NCBI GenBank assembly: GCA_043753995.1
Contig: JAYUVP010000124.1
Span: forward strand, 1 to 35,541
Reading direction: 5' to 3'
Length of the DNA stretch: 35,541 nt
Source of the DNA: Fibrobacterota bacterium
GTDB lineage: Bacteria > Fibrobacterota > Fibrobacteria > UBA11236
Positions 1-8,804 of the stretch are shown in pieces; position 1 is the stretch's first letter; each line of letters starts with the position of its first letter. The notes beneath the pieces were generated by a model. The model made no database searches. It was not told the origin of the DNA and worked only from the letters and a program-made list of their open reading frames with translations. Position numbers and translations under genes: made by a program.

Positions 1-1
1 C

Positions 2-757
2 CACGAAAACTTGGCGCGTGCCACGCACTGGGTGGAGTCCGAAATGAACTCGGTGAACGACAATCCAATTGTCGTTCCTGAGCACGAGCAGGTTTACCAT
101 ACGGCTAATTTCATGGGTTACTATGTGAGCTCCGCATGCGACATGCTGCGCGCTGACATCGCGCAAGCGGCCACCTGGATTCACGCGCTTCTGGCGATCT
201 TAGTGCATCCGCGTAAAAACCGAGGCTTGCCGGTGAACCTGATCGAAGACCCTATTAATTATAGCGGCTTTCGCCCCATTCAAATTCTGGCAGCTTCACT
301 GACCGTTCAGTGTCGCAAGCTCGCGCAGTCCCATGCGTCCTTCGTCATCCCCACCGAAGGCGACAATCAAGACGTCAATAGTCTCGGCACCCACGCAGCC
401 TTCGATCTCCGTGACTCCGTCGGACATTTGGAGCAACTCACCGGAATTTTACTGATGGCTTCGGCGCAAGCGCTGGAGCTACGCGGCCTCGACAAGGCGA
501 GCCATAAGAGCCGCACCATCGTCGAAGAGTATCGTCAGACGGTGCCCTTCCTAAGTGAAGATCGCCTGGTTCACAAAGACCTGGTCGCCTCCGTGGAGTT
601 GTTGAAGCGTATGGATTCTCTTGGTGGACTGGAGGCCAACACGGAAGCCATCCTAAGCGACGAGTCGGCTAGGCACAACGCGGCTGTGTTTATGCAGTCC
701 GATGCCATGATGCAAGCGGAACCCTCATTGGTGTCAGCCAATGGCCAGGGCAGGTGA
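2..757 (+). CDS. Aromatic amino acid ammonia-lyase (PAL/TAL-type, MIO-dependent family), 5'-truncated by the window edge
   Basis: The frame is open from position 2. Motifs EMNSVNDNP, HTANFMGYY, NRGLPVNL, EGDNQDVNSLG and QALELRG match the C-terminal half of the HAL/PAL/TAL family. NQDVNSLG is PAL/TAL-like rather than the HAL-type QEDHVSM. The ASG (MIO) motif lies outside the window. Confidence 0.9.
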   Translation, partial: HENLARATHWVESEMNSVNDNPIVVPEHEQVYHTANFMGYYVSSACDMLRADIAQAATWIHALLAILVHPRKNRGLPVNLIEDPINYSGFRPIQILAASLTVQCRKLAQSHASFVIPTEGDNQDVNSLGTHAAFDLRDSVGHLEQLTGILLMASAQALELRGLDKASHKSRTIVEEYRQTVPFLSEDRLVHKDLVASVELLKRMDSLGGLEANTEAILSDESARHNAAVFMQSDAMMQAEPSLVSANGQGR

Positions 758-764
758 GCGACCG

Positions 765-1265
765 ATGAATGAGACTAAGAACCTAACCGGATTGATTGGC
801 AAGCACCTAATCTACACCTATGACAATGGCTGGCAATACGAGATTTACGTGAAGAATGCGACGTCTTTCAGTTATCGCATTCACAGCGGAATCGTCGGCG
901 GTCGCTGGGTCACGGATCAGGAAGCCCATATCATCGACATTGGTGACAATGTGTATAAAATATCTTGGGACGAACCGACGGGGACGACGGTCAGCATCGC
1001 CATCAACCTCACGCGTCGTAAGCTTTATGGCACCATCTTCTTCCCGAAATGGATTGCAGACGAGCCGACCAAGACCATTTGCTACCAAAACCAGCACCTG
1101 GATCGAATGCGCGAATATCGGAATGCTGGGCCGACATACCCAAAACTGGTCATTGACGAGGCGGCCACCATCACCTTCGTCGAGGACTGTGGGCCTGACC
1201 GCAGCGACGTGATAGATCGACCGTCTTTCGAGCTGCTTCCCGGCTATACCGATCGCAAGAACTAG
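765..1265 (+). CDS. padC: Phenolic acid (p-coumarate/ferulate) decarboxylase
   Basis: LIYTYDNGWQYEIYVKN, YRIHSGIVGGRWV, YKISWDEPTGT, IFFPKW, CYQNQH and TYPKLVIDE align with Bacillus PadC. The YxY pair, Arg and catalytic Glu (WDEPTG) are present. The likely start is ATG 765 (the ORF track starts at 741). Confidence 0.95.
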   Translation: MNETKNLTGLIGKHLIYTYDNGWQYEIYVKNATSFSYRIHSGIVGGRWVTDQEAHIIDIGDNVYKISWDEPTGTTVSIAINLTRRKLYGTIFFPKWIADEPTKTICYQNQHLDRMREYRNAGPTYPKLVIDEAATITFVEDCGPDRSDVIDRPSFELLPGYTDRKN

Positions 1266-1272
1266 ACTGACC

Positions 1273-1300
1273 AGCCCCGTCGTGGAAACACGGCGAGGCT
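1273..1300 (+). terminator. GC-rich hairpin with GAAA loop after padC; possible terminator or mRNA-stabilising stem
   Basis: agccccgtcgtg-gaaa-cacggcgaggct starts 7 nt after the stop codon. There is no clear U-tract. Confidence 0.4.
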
Positions 1301-1307
1301 ATAAGGG

Positions 1308-1336
1308 TTTGTATGGGGAGGGGCAGGAGGTATAAT
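1308..1336 (+). promoter_or_regulatory. Candidate sigma70 promoter
   Basis: Perfect TATAAT at 1331-1336 with a weak -35 (tttgta/ttgtat) 16-17 nt upstream. An RBS (aaggag, 1384-1389) precedes GTG 1396. Confidence 0.35.
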
Positions 1337-1395
1337 TAACTGATAAGCCGCCCGGAGCATAGATTTAGGGGCGGCCTTTGGTTAAGGAGATGCCC

Positions 1396-1824
1396 GTGAA
1401 TCGATATTCCTTCTTTGGAGGAAGGAAAAAAGGAAGGCAGGTTCTAATCGCCGGGCTATGCCTGGCCGCGATTCCTACCTTCGCGCAAACGAGTATAGAC
1501 ACCGCGAAAACCGATGCATTTTTCCGGCGGCATGAGATCCAGGTGACTGCTGATGCGAAAAGCTTTATTTCCAAACCGACCGTCTATGCTGGCCATTACG
1601 ATCTATTCATAAGCCCGAGCGAAGTTCTCCTCTTCATGGGAGATACCTTGGTTGAGGAATTACTGGATTTAGACGGGGCAATAACAGTGTCCTTGAGGAG
1701 AGCGAGGCCTCATCCTATTAGGCATCGTTTCCTCGCTTCCCGGCCAATGGGGCAAAGGGTTTTGGGGAGGATGATCGGACCGCGCCCGAATGCGCTGATA
1801 ATAAACCGCGGGAGAGGAAACTAA
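1396..1824 (+). CDS. Hypothetical protein with signal-peptide-like N-terminus, possibly degraded
   Basis: RBS plus GTG start; VLIAGLCLAAIPTFA-Q resembles a Sec signal. The C-terminal half is Arg/Pro-rich and looks off-frame. Confidence 0.35.
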   Translation: MNRYSFFGGRKKGRQVLIAGLCLAAIPTFAQTSIDTAKTDAFFRRHEIQVTADAKSFISKPTVYAGHYDLFISPSEVLLFMGDTLVEELLDLDGAITVSLRRARPHPIRHRFLASRPMGQRVLGRMIGPRPNALIINRGRGN

Positions 1825-2236
1825 TGCGACCCTTGATGATTATTTCACTTTTTATCTGGCTATCCATTGGAAAGGCTTTTGCGGCTAAAGATGTTTTCCT
1901 AAGTGGATATTATTTGGGTAAAGACGCCATTCCATTCTTAATATTACCCGCGGCCATAGAAGATGGCGATCAAGTACTATGGGTGGATTTAGGTCTATTC
2001 GCAGTATTGACGGTGCCCGCATCTGGACAATAATTGCACCCAACCCCGATCCCGAAGGTTATTCCGACATTGCTGGAATTTTGGGACTATTTTATTCCGG
2101 CATTTATGCAACGACTTTATTATTGGATAGAATTCCATTTTCTAAAGAATCATCACTCGTTTCGAATTTAACGCTTCAGCCAATTTTTTCTGCCCATTCA
2201 AAGCGAGCGGGCTTGGCCCTTCAGTATCTTTTTTAA
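1824..2236 (+). pseudogene. Probably frameshifted exported or membrane protein, split into ORFs 1824..2033 and 1979..2236
   Basis: The first ORF has a signal peptide (MRPLMIISLFIWLSIGKAFA) and stops early. The overlapping frame continues with a hydrophobic segment and ends in an OMP-like strand, AGLALQYLF. Confidence 0.4.
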
Positions 2237-2398
2237 GTAATATGATTACAATTTCGGCATTTATAGGTGAATTATTTAGCGTGTATGTACAAAGAGGCCT
2301 TCTTTTTCTGATGCATTCAGGGAGTTTTAACCCTTTCCTGCGTAGATTTTCTTGTCCTTCAGACTATCGAGTCGGAAGCTAAGGAATTGGAGTAGGGA

Positions 2399-5002
2399 GT
2401 GAAGGCATCTTTCAATCAATTATTTTTTCGCGCCCTGCCATTTTTACTCGCGGTTTCGATGACAGGACATGCCCAATGGGCTGCAAATTGGATTTGGCAA
2501 ACTACCGCCGGGCCACAAAACACATGGATGAGCTTTCGGAAAACCGTGACCTTGGCTGCCGCGCCTAGCAGCGCAACCGTGCGCATCGCCGCGGATTCGA
2601 AATACTGGCTATGGATCAATGGCAAGCTTGTCGTATTCGAAGGCCAGCTCAAGCGCAGTCTTCCGACTGGCACTTATTATGACACCTTGAATCTGGCTCC
2701 TTACCTGACTCCCGGAGCCAATACCATCGCCGCCTTGGTTTGGTATTGGGGGAAGAGTGGCATGTCTCATCGCACCAGCAGCGGGGGCGGATTCCTATTC
2801 GATGGGAATTTCGGAGGGACGGCCGTGCAATCTGACGCCACCTGGCGGGCCCGCGTGCATCCCGGCTACGAAATTTCCACCGGGGGTGGGCAGCCCAATT
2901 TCAGGCTTTCCGAATTCAATGTGCGGTTCAATGCCCAAGAAAATTCCATCGACGGATGGCAGCAGCCCGGTTATGATGATTCCGCTTGGCCCGTAGCGGT
3001 TGCGAAGGGAATGCCGCCGGGAGCTCCTTGGGGCGCTATGACTCCCCGACCCTTTCCGCAATGGAAAGACAGTGGACTGAAGGCCTATACCAATGCCTCT
3101 TCCCTACCGAGCACTTCGACCAGCGCCGTGATTGAGGGACGGCTGCCTTATGGAGCGCGCGTGTCCGCGTATTTAAAAATCAATACGCCGACCGCTGGAC
3201 AGGTGATTCATATCCAAGCCGACCAATACGACGGATGGGAGGACTTTGATGGAGGGCCTTCGGTGCGGGCGGAATATGTCACCCGTGCCGGTAGCCAGGA
3301 ATTTGAAACTCTGGTGTGGATGAGCGGTCATTCCGTGAAGTACACCCTTCCCGCCGGAATTACCATCGAGTCTTTACAGTATCGCGAAATCGGATATCCC
3401 GCCGAGTTCACTGGAAATTTTTCTAGCAATGACCCATTTTATACCTCGCTTTGGCGTATGGCGGGCCGCACCTTATATATCAACATGTTCGATGACTTCA
3501 GCGACTGTCCCGATCGAGAGAGAGCGCTATGGTGGGGCGACGTGGTTAATCAACTGGGTGAGGTCTTTTACACCTTGGATACCAATGCACATGGCCTGAT
3601 ACGTAAGGCCATGACTACTCTCATCGCTTGGCAGCGCAGCGATAATACGCTCTTTGCACCGCCCTCCACCGCATGGGATCAGGAATTGCCCCAGCAAATG
3701 CTGGCCAGCATTGGTTGGTATGGATTCTGGAATTATTTCAAAAACACCGGTGACAGCACGACCCTTCGCGCCGCTTATCCCGCGGTGAAGAAGTACTTGA
3801 GTCTCTGGAGCCTGGGCACCAACGGATTAGTTCAACACCGCGATGGAGGGTGGAGCTGGGGGGATTGGGGAAGCAATATCGATATCGCTATTCTGGACAA
3901 TGCCTGGTATTATCTGGCTCTCCAAGCGGCCATTCCCATGGCGGCGATGAGCGGTAACGCAGCCGATACCTCCGGATACCGCACCCGCATGAATAGCCTC
4001 GAAACCAATTTCGTCCCGGTTTTCTGGAATGCCAGTGGCCAGCATTTCCGTTCCTCCACCTTGACCACCCCGGACGACCGGGCCAATGCCATTGCTGTGG
4101 TGGCGGGCTTTGCGCGTCCGCAACATTATGCCGGCATTCGCACCGTGCTCCAACAGAGGACTTTCGCCAGCCCTTATCTTGAAAAATATGTGCTTGAGGC
4201 CCTCGCCCTAATGGGTTCGGATTCCCTGGCACTTGCGCGCATGAAAAGCCGCTATACCCCAATGGTCAACGGTCCCTATACGACTTTATGGGAAGTGTGG
4301 GCAGGTTTGAGTGAAGGCACCATCAATCATGGATGGAATGCACCCAATACCATTTTGTCCCAATATATTGCGGGTATTTCTCCGACCGCGCCCGGCTGGA
4401 GTAGCTATCACGTTTTACCGCAAATGGGAAATTTAACGGCTCTATCCCAAACCGTGCCTTCGATCAAGGGGAATATCACGGTGAGTGATTCGCTCTCCTC
4501 GAACCGTTTCGTGATGAATTTGAAATCCCCCCAAGGGACGCAAGCTCTGATTGGGATCCCTAAAAAACGGGCTTGGCAATCGGTTATGGTGAACGGTCAG
4601 ACCGCTTGGAATAATGGCACCTTTCTCACCAGTACCGCGGGCGTTACCGGAGCAGGTGAGGATAGCCTATACATCAAATTTTCAGTGGCTCCCGGAAGTT
4701 GGCGGTTCGAAGCCCTGATGACCTCCTCTGCGATCGAAAATCTTTCTGTACCTGAAGTAAGGTCTATCACCGGGTTCATCCAATTCCAAACCACTCCCAG
4801 CGCCTTGACTTTGGTCGCGCCCAACGGAATCGATTTCGGGGTGGAAATTTTCAACCCGGCAGGCGAGAGAATATCGCCAACCCTGCGATCCCAAAATCAT
4901 AGGGTCCTCCTCCCCTATCACTCCCTGCCTCCAGGCATGATTTTTATCCGTATTTCCACCAAAAAAGAGCAGGTTGTCCGGAAAGTTCTCCTTCCGCTCT
5001 AG
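2399..5002 (+). CDS. Secreted alpha-L-rhamnosidase-like glycoside hydrolase (GH78) with T9SS-like C-terminal domain
   Basis: Signal peptide; IAADSKYWLWING; DCPDRERALWWGD; WGDWG; TTLWE; NHGW; and a C-terminal VEIFNPAGERI...LPPGMIFIRI...RKVLL sorting-type domain. The GTG start has an RBS (ggag). Confidence 0.85.
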   Translation: MKASFNQLFFRALPFLLAVSMTGHAQWAANWIWQTTAGPQNTWMSFRKTVTLAAAPSSATVRIAADSKYWLWINGKLVVFEGQLKRSLPTGTYYDTLNLAPYLTPGANTIAALVWYWGKSGMSHRTSSGGGFLFDGNFGGTAVQSDATWRARVHPGYEISTGGGQPNFRLSEFNVRFNAQENSIDGWQQPGYDDSAWPVAVAKGMPPGAPWGAMTPRPFPQWKDSGLKAYTNASSLPSTSTSAVIEGRLPYGARVSAYLKINTPTAGQVIHIQADQYDGWEDFDGGPSVRAEYVTRAGSQEFETLVWMSGHSVKYTLPAGITIESLQYREIGYPAEFTGNFSSNDPFYTSLWRMAGRTLYINMFDDFSDCPDRERALWWGDVVNQLGEVFYTLDTNAHGLIRKAMTTLIAWQRSDNTLFAPPSTAWDQELPQQMLASIGWYGFWNYFKNTGDSTTLRAAYPAVKKYLSLWSLGTNGLVQHRDGGWSWGDWGSNIDIAILDNAWYYLALQAAIPMAAMSGNAADTSGYRTRMNSLETNFVPVFWNASGQHFRSSTLTTPDDRANAIAVVAGFARPQHYAGIRTVLQQRTFASPYLEKYVLEALALMGSDSLALARMKSRYTPMVNGPYTTLWEVWAGLSEGTINHGWNAPNTILSQYIAGISPTAPGWSSYHVLPQMGNLTALSQTVPSIKGNITVSDSLSSNRFVMNLKSPQGTQALIGIPKKRAWQSVMVNGQTAWNNGTFLTSTAGVTGAGEDSLYIKFSVAPGSWRFEALMTSSAIENLSVPEVRSITGFIQFQTTPSALTLVAPNGIDFGVEIFNPAGERISPTLRSQNHRVLLPYHSLPPGMIFIRISTKKEQVVRKVLLPL

Positions 5003-5036
5003 TTCAAACCTTGTTTTAGATTTTTTTAAAAAACAT

Positions 5037-5062
5037 TGTCGATCTGAGCCGTTTCCTTCGAC
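5037..5062 (+). promoter_or_regulatory. ECF42-type promoter (-35 TGTCGA, 16-nt spacer, -10 CGAC)
   Basis: tgtcga-tctgagccgtttcctt-cgac lies directly upstream of an ECF42-like sigma gene and matches the reported ECF42 consensus TGTCGA...CG(A/T)C. Confidence 0.75.
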
Positions 5063-5075
5063 AAAGGATCAAAAG

Positions 5076-5126
5076 GAGATTCGGCCCATTGAATTTTTCG
5101 AGGTATGCGAGGCCGTGAAGGCTTGA
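5076..5126 (+). pseudogene. 3' remnant of a deleted DGPF/YciI-family gene
   Basis: gag att cgg ccc att gaa ttt ttc ... gct tga encodes EIRPIEFFEVCEAVKA*, which parallels the C-terminus IEIRPIEFCRAKEIATKT of the intact DGPF gene at 6494. It is fused directly to an orphan RBS (aaaaggag). Confidence 0.7.
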
Positions 5127-5130
5127 ATTC

Positions 5131-6474
5131 ATGGGGGACGCACAAAATCCAGTGGCCCAGGTCACCCCTATCCAAGTGGACGAAATCTATCGCCAGGAAT
5201 CGCGTCGGGTCTTGGCCACCTTGATTCGTCTCCTAGGAGATTTCGATCTCGCCGAAGACGCCTTGCATGAGGCCTTTCGTGCGGCCTTGGAGCAATGGCC
5301 ACAACAAGGCCTGCCGGCTCATCCTCGCGCCTGGCTGGTCTCCACAGGACGCTTCAAGGCTATTGATGGTCTGCGCCGGCGCGCCCGCTACCACGACCAT
5401 GCCGCCGAGTGGATGCGGCAAATGGAATTGCAAAATGAACCGATCGAGGTAACGGCAAGTATGTCGAACCGCCATCCCCAGCAGCCTTTGGGTTTGGCTA
5501 ACGGTATGGAGGACGGATTAGAGGATGACCGGTTGCGTCTCATTTTCACCTGTTGCCATCCGGCCTTGGGCATAGAAGCACGAATTGCCCTGACCTTGCG
5601 CGAAGTTTGCGGCCTCACTACGGAAGCCATAGCCCGGGCCTTTCTCACCGAAGCCACCACGGTGGCCCAACGCATTGTTCGCGCTAAGGCAAAAATCCGA
5701 GAAGCCCGCATTCCCTATGAAGTGCCAGCGGCGGATCAACGCCCAGAGAGGCTCGATGCGGTTTTACGCGTCCTCTATCTGGTTTTCAATGAGGGCTATT
5801 CAGCGTCATCGGGAGAGGCGGCTGCCCGGCCCGATCTCACCGATGAGGCGATTCGTTTGAGCCGAACTCTAGTGAAATTGTTGCCCGATCCTGAAGTCAA
5901 TGGCCTTTTAGCCTTGATGCTATTGCACGAGAGCCGACGTCATGCGCGTAGGACGGTCACCGGCGAGTTCATCTTGCTCGAAGAGCAGGATCGCTCCCGG
6001 TGGAATCAAGATCTCATTCGCGAAGGAAAGGCCTTGGTCGAAGCGGCCCTATTATCGCGTCGCTTCGGTCCCTATACCTTGCAGGCCGCCATTTCCGCCG
6101 TGCATGCGGAATCGACATCCTCCACAACGGACTGGGCGCAAATCGTCGGCCTCTACGATTTGCTTTTGCGCGTTGACCCCTCACCCATAGTCGCCTTGAA
6201 TCGCGCGGTGGCTATAGCCATGCGCGATGGGCCTGAAACTGGCCTTCGCCTCATCGACGCTTTGCTCCTTCCCGAGACCTCACCTGATTCTTCGACCGAA
6301 AATCATTTGACCGACTATCCCCTTGCCCACTCCGCACGGGCGGATTTGTTACGTCGCCTAGGACGCAAGCCAGAAGCGACGTTAGCGTATCGCCGCGCCC
6401 TGAGTCTGACACGACAAGATTCCGAACGTCGGTTTTTAGAGAAGCGACTTGTTGAACTTGAATCATTACCTTAA
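5131..6474 (+). CDS. ECF42-group RNA polymerase sigma factor with C-terminal TPR-like extension (COG4941 type)
   Basis: RVLATLIRLLGDFDLAEDALHEAF, DDRLRLIFTCCHPAL, AQRIVRAKAKI, LYLVFNEGY, GPYTLQAAI, TDWAQIVGLY and PSPIVALNRAVA; adjacent DGPF gene. Confidence 0.93.
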   Translation: MGDAQNPVAQVTPIQVDEIYRQESRRVLATLIRLLGDFDLAEDALHEAFRAALEQWPQQGLPAHPRAWLVSTGRFKAIDGLRRRARYHDHAAEWMRQMELQNEPIEVTASMSNRHPQQPLGLANGMEDGLEDDRLRLIFTCCHPALGIEARIALTLREVCGLTTEAIARAFLTEATTVAQRIVRAKAKIREARIPYEVPAADQRPERLDAVLRVLYLVFNEGYSASSGEAAARPDLTDEAIRLSRTLVKLLPDPEVNGLLALMLLHESRRHARRTVTGEFILLEEQDRSRWNQDLIREGKALVEAALLSRRFGPYTLQAAISAVHAESTSSTTDWAQIVGLYDLLLRVDPSPIVALNRAVAIAMRDGPETGLRLIDALLLPETSPDSSTENHLTDYPLAHSARADLLRRLGRKPEATLAYRRALSLTRQDSERRFLEKRLVELESLP

Positions 6475-6493
6475 TCCAACCTCAAGGAGTCCC

Positions 6494-6883
6494 ATGAAAT
6501 TTCTTGCCTTAGCCTATTATCATGAAAAAGCGTTCGAAAAGATTTCGGCTGAAGAGATGAAGGGCATCGTCGCCAAGTGCGAGCCTCTCGATCAAGCCCT
6601 AAATGCCACCGGCAAAATGGAAATGGTGGCCTCCTTGTCCGCCACCAAGGACACCGTTTCTGTGCGTCCTGGCCAAGGCAAACCCATGGTCACCGACGGG
6701 CCTTATGTCGAAACCAAGGAACAATTGGGATCTTTTTTTCTCTTGGAAGCTGAGAATATGCAAGAGGCCATTCAACTCGCCTCCATGCATCCCGCCGCTA
6801 ACTTCGGAGAAAACATGGGTTGGGGCATTGAAATTCGTCCTATTGAATTTTGTCGCGCCAAAGAAATTGCGACGAAGACATAG
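6494..6883 (+). CDS. DGPF/YciI-family protein
   Basis: VTDGPYVETKEQLGSFFLLEA and IEIRP; RBS aaggag before ATG 6494. Confidence 0.9.
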   Translation: MKFLALAYYHEKAFEKISAEEMKGIVAKCEPLDQALNATGKMEMVASLSATKDTVSVRPGQGKPMVTDGPYVETKEQLGSFFLLEAENMQEAIQLASMHPAANFGENMGWGIEIRPIEFCRAKEIATKT

Positions 6884-6938
6884 AATTCGGAAAAGCGGCT
6901 TGTCCCAGTATGTTTTAACTTCATGAAGGAGTAATAAA

Positions 6939-7385
6939 ATGGCTACTAATACCATCAAACTACATCGTGTTTTCGCGGCAAAAATCGAGCGCGTTTACAA
7001 GGCCTTTACCGACGCCGATGCCAAGGTCAAGTGGCTGCCGCCGAATGGATTCACCGCCAAGATGCATCACTTTGACCTCAAGGTGGGCGGCACCTACAAA
7101 ATGTCCTTCACGAATTTCACCACGGGCAATAGCCATTCTTTCGGCGGAACCTTCACCGAATTGTCCCCGCCTCATCGCATTCGCTATACCGACAAATTCG
7201 ACGATCCGAATTTGCCCGGAGAAATGCAAGTCACCGTCGAATTGAAACAAGTTTCCGTGGGAACCGAGGTGAATATCATGCAAGAAGGAATTCCCGACGT
7301 GATTCCCACGGAGGCTTGCTTTCTCGGCTGGCAGGAGTCGCTTCAACTCCTGAAAATGTTGGTCGAACCGGAGATTCCGGACTAA
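6939..7385 (+). CDS. SRPBCC (AHSA1/START-like) domain protein
   Basis: IKLHRVFAAKIERVYKAFTD, WLPPNGF, FDLKVGGTYKMSF and GWQESLQLL. Confidence 0.9.
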   Translation: MATNTIKLHRVFAAKIERVYKAFTDADAKVKWLPPNGFTAKMHHFDLKVGGTYKMSFTNFTTGNSHSFGGTFTELSPPHRIRYTDKFDDPNLPGEMQVTVELKQVSVGTEVNIMQEGIPDVIPTEACFLGWQESLQLLKMLVEPEIPD

Positions 7386-7419
7386 GGAAATGGTGCGCCG
7401 GCAAGGCTAGGTGAACCGG

Positions 7420-7995
7420 CTAAACCTTCAATACCCCGCGAAACCCTCGGGCGGCATAGTAAGACTCGGCTCCATTGTGATACAAAAAAACCGTATCAAA
7501 ACGGCGATCACAAAAGAGAGCGCCGCCCAGCTTGCGAATGCCCGCCGGGGTCTTTACCCAGCTCGACGTCTTCAAGTCGAATTCACCCAGCTTCTGCAAT
7601 TCGCGGTATTGCTCTTCGGTTAGCATTTCAATGCCCATGGTCTCTGCCATATTCATGGCACTGTCCTTGGGCTTATGCTCTTTCCGCGATTCCAGGGCCT
7701 CGGTATCATAGCAGACGCTTCGGCGACCTTTCGGAGTTTCCTCCGCGCAATCGAAGAAGGCGAATTCATTCGTCTTCTTGTCATAGCCGACTATATCGGG
7801 TTCACCACCGGTATTTTCCATTTCATTCAACGACCAAAGTTTTTCGGTATTCGCCGTCAACTTGGCTTCCACCTTGGCCCATTCCATACCTTGATGTCGA
7901 TGCGCATTCTTCTCGAAGCGGGTCTTTAAGGTTTTGAGTAATTTCTCTCGCAGATCCGGTGCCAAGTTTTTTTTATTGCTTTTGGTATTTGCCAT
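7420..7995 (-). CDS. DUF4256 family protein
   Basis: LWSLNEMENTGGEPD, ETPKGRRSVCYD, FDLKTSSWVKTP and YHNGAESYYAARGFRG. Confidence 0.85.
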   Translation of the reverse strand: MANTKSNKKNLAPDLREKLLKTLKTRFEKNAHRHQGMEWAKVEAKLTANTEKLWSLNEMENTGGEPDIVGYDKKTNEFAFFDCAEETPKGRRSVCYDTEALESRKEHKPKDSAMNMAETMGIEMLTEEQYRELQKLGEFDLKTSSWVKTPAGIRKLGGALFCDRRFDTVFLYHNGAESYYAARGFRGVLKV

Positions 7996-8017
7996 GATTT
8001 TCTCCTTTAAAAGGCAA

Positions 8018-8386
8018 TTAAATCTTTCGCTCCGCAGGTCTTAATGCCCATGAAATCACGGTCAAGGCGAGCAATAACAATGAAGGAAATATTTGGCTCA
8101 CCGGACTGCCAGAAGCCCAATGTGAAATAGCGGCCCCCGTCATGTTAAAGAAAAAGCCAGCATAGGCCCATTCCTTGAGCAAAGGCAATCTCGGCACCAA
8201 GACGGCGACCACGCCTAGCAATTTCCAAATACCCATCAAGGTGAGGAAGTAGACCGGATAACCCAAGGCGGTGATTTGCTCGACTTCCTTTTGCATGCGC
8301 ATGAGCTGCACCACGCCGGTCGAAACCATTCCTAAGGCAAGCCAGCAGGTGAAAAACCAATAGGTGATCATTTTCTTTTTGGTCAT
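8018..8386 (-). CDS. DoxX-like membrane protein
   Basis: Four hydrophobic segments; LGYPVYFLTLMGIWKLLG and LKEWAYAGFFF. Confidence 0.88.
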   Translation of the reverse strand: MTKKKMITYWFFTCWLALGMVSTGVVQLMRMQKEVEQITALGYPVYFLTLMGIWKLLGVVAVLVPRLPLLKEWAYAGFFFNMTGAAISHWASGSPVSQIFPSLLLLALTVISWALRPAERKI

Positions 8387-8802
8387 ATGGAATCCTTTGA
8401 AAGAAGGGTCGCTAATTTACCGTGCATGAAGCCCCAACCATAGCCGGCGCCGTGATAGGCCGCGTCGACATCAAAGCCACTATGCTCAAAATGAACCTTG
8501 GTGCCATTGCCCTCGGCTATGAGATGGTATTCCACCACGGTATCAATTCCACCAGCGACCCATGAAAAGGCCAGCTCTTGCGGTGGATCGCATTTCAAGA
8601 CTTCGCAGTGAACAGTCAATCCTTCGAATTTGACTTGCGGATTCGGCGGCACCTGAAAGGTGAAGCGATGCCCGATGCGTGGCTCGAAATCATTTGGGTA
8701 CATCCAATCGCTAAGGGCTTCGCGACTGGTCAGCGCACGCCACACCTCATTTGGCGATTGGGCAAAGCGAAGCTCTCGAATAACACTCTTCTTGTTCACC
8801 AT
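8383..8802 (-). CDS. SRPBCC domain protein
   Basis: SPNEVWRALT...WMYPNDFEPRIGHRFTF, LAFSW, GTKVHFEHSGF and GW. The start is ATG 8802, or GTG 8808 overlapping the arsR stop. Confidence 0.88.
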   Translation of the reverse strand: MVNKKSVIRELRFAQSPNEVWRALTSREALSDWMYPNDFEPRIGHRFTFQVPPNPQVKFEGLTVHCEVLKCDPPQELAFSWVAGGIDTVVEYHLIAEGNGTKVHFEHSGFDVDAAYHGAGYGWGFMHGKLATLLSKDSI

Positions 8803-8804
8803 TT

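Noticed and set aside
2..757. Annotation as histidine ammonia-lyase (hutH)
   Set aside because: It has the PAL/TAL-type NQDVNSLG instead of QEDHVSM, no hut genes are visible nearby, and the neighbour is padC.
1334..1387. Imperfect inverted repeat resembling an integron attC site (..TTAAC / GTTAA..)
   Set aside because: The ends do not fit RYYYAAC/GTTRRRY, it is shorter than typical attC sites, and there is no second copy or integrase in the window.
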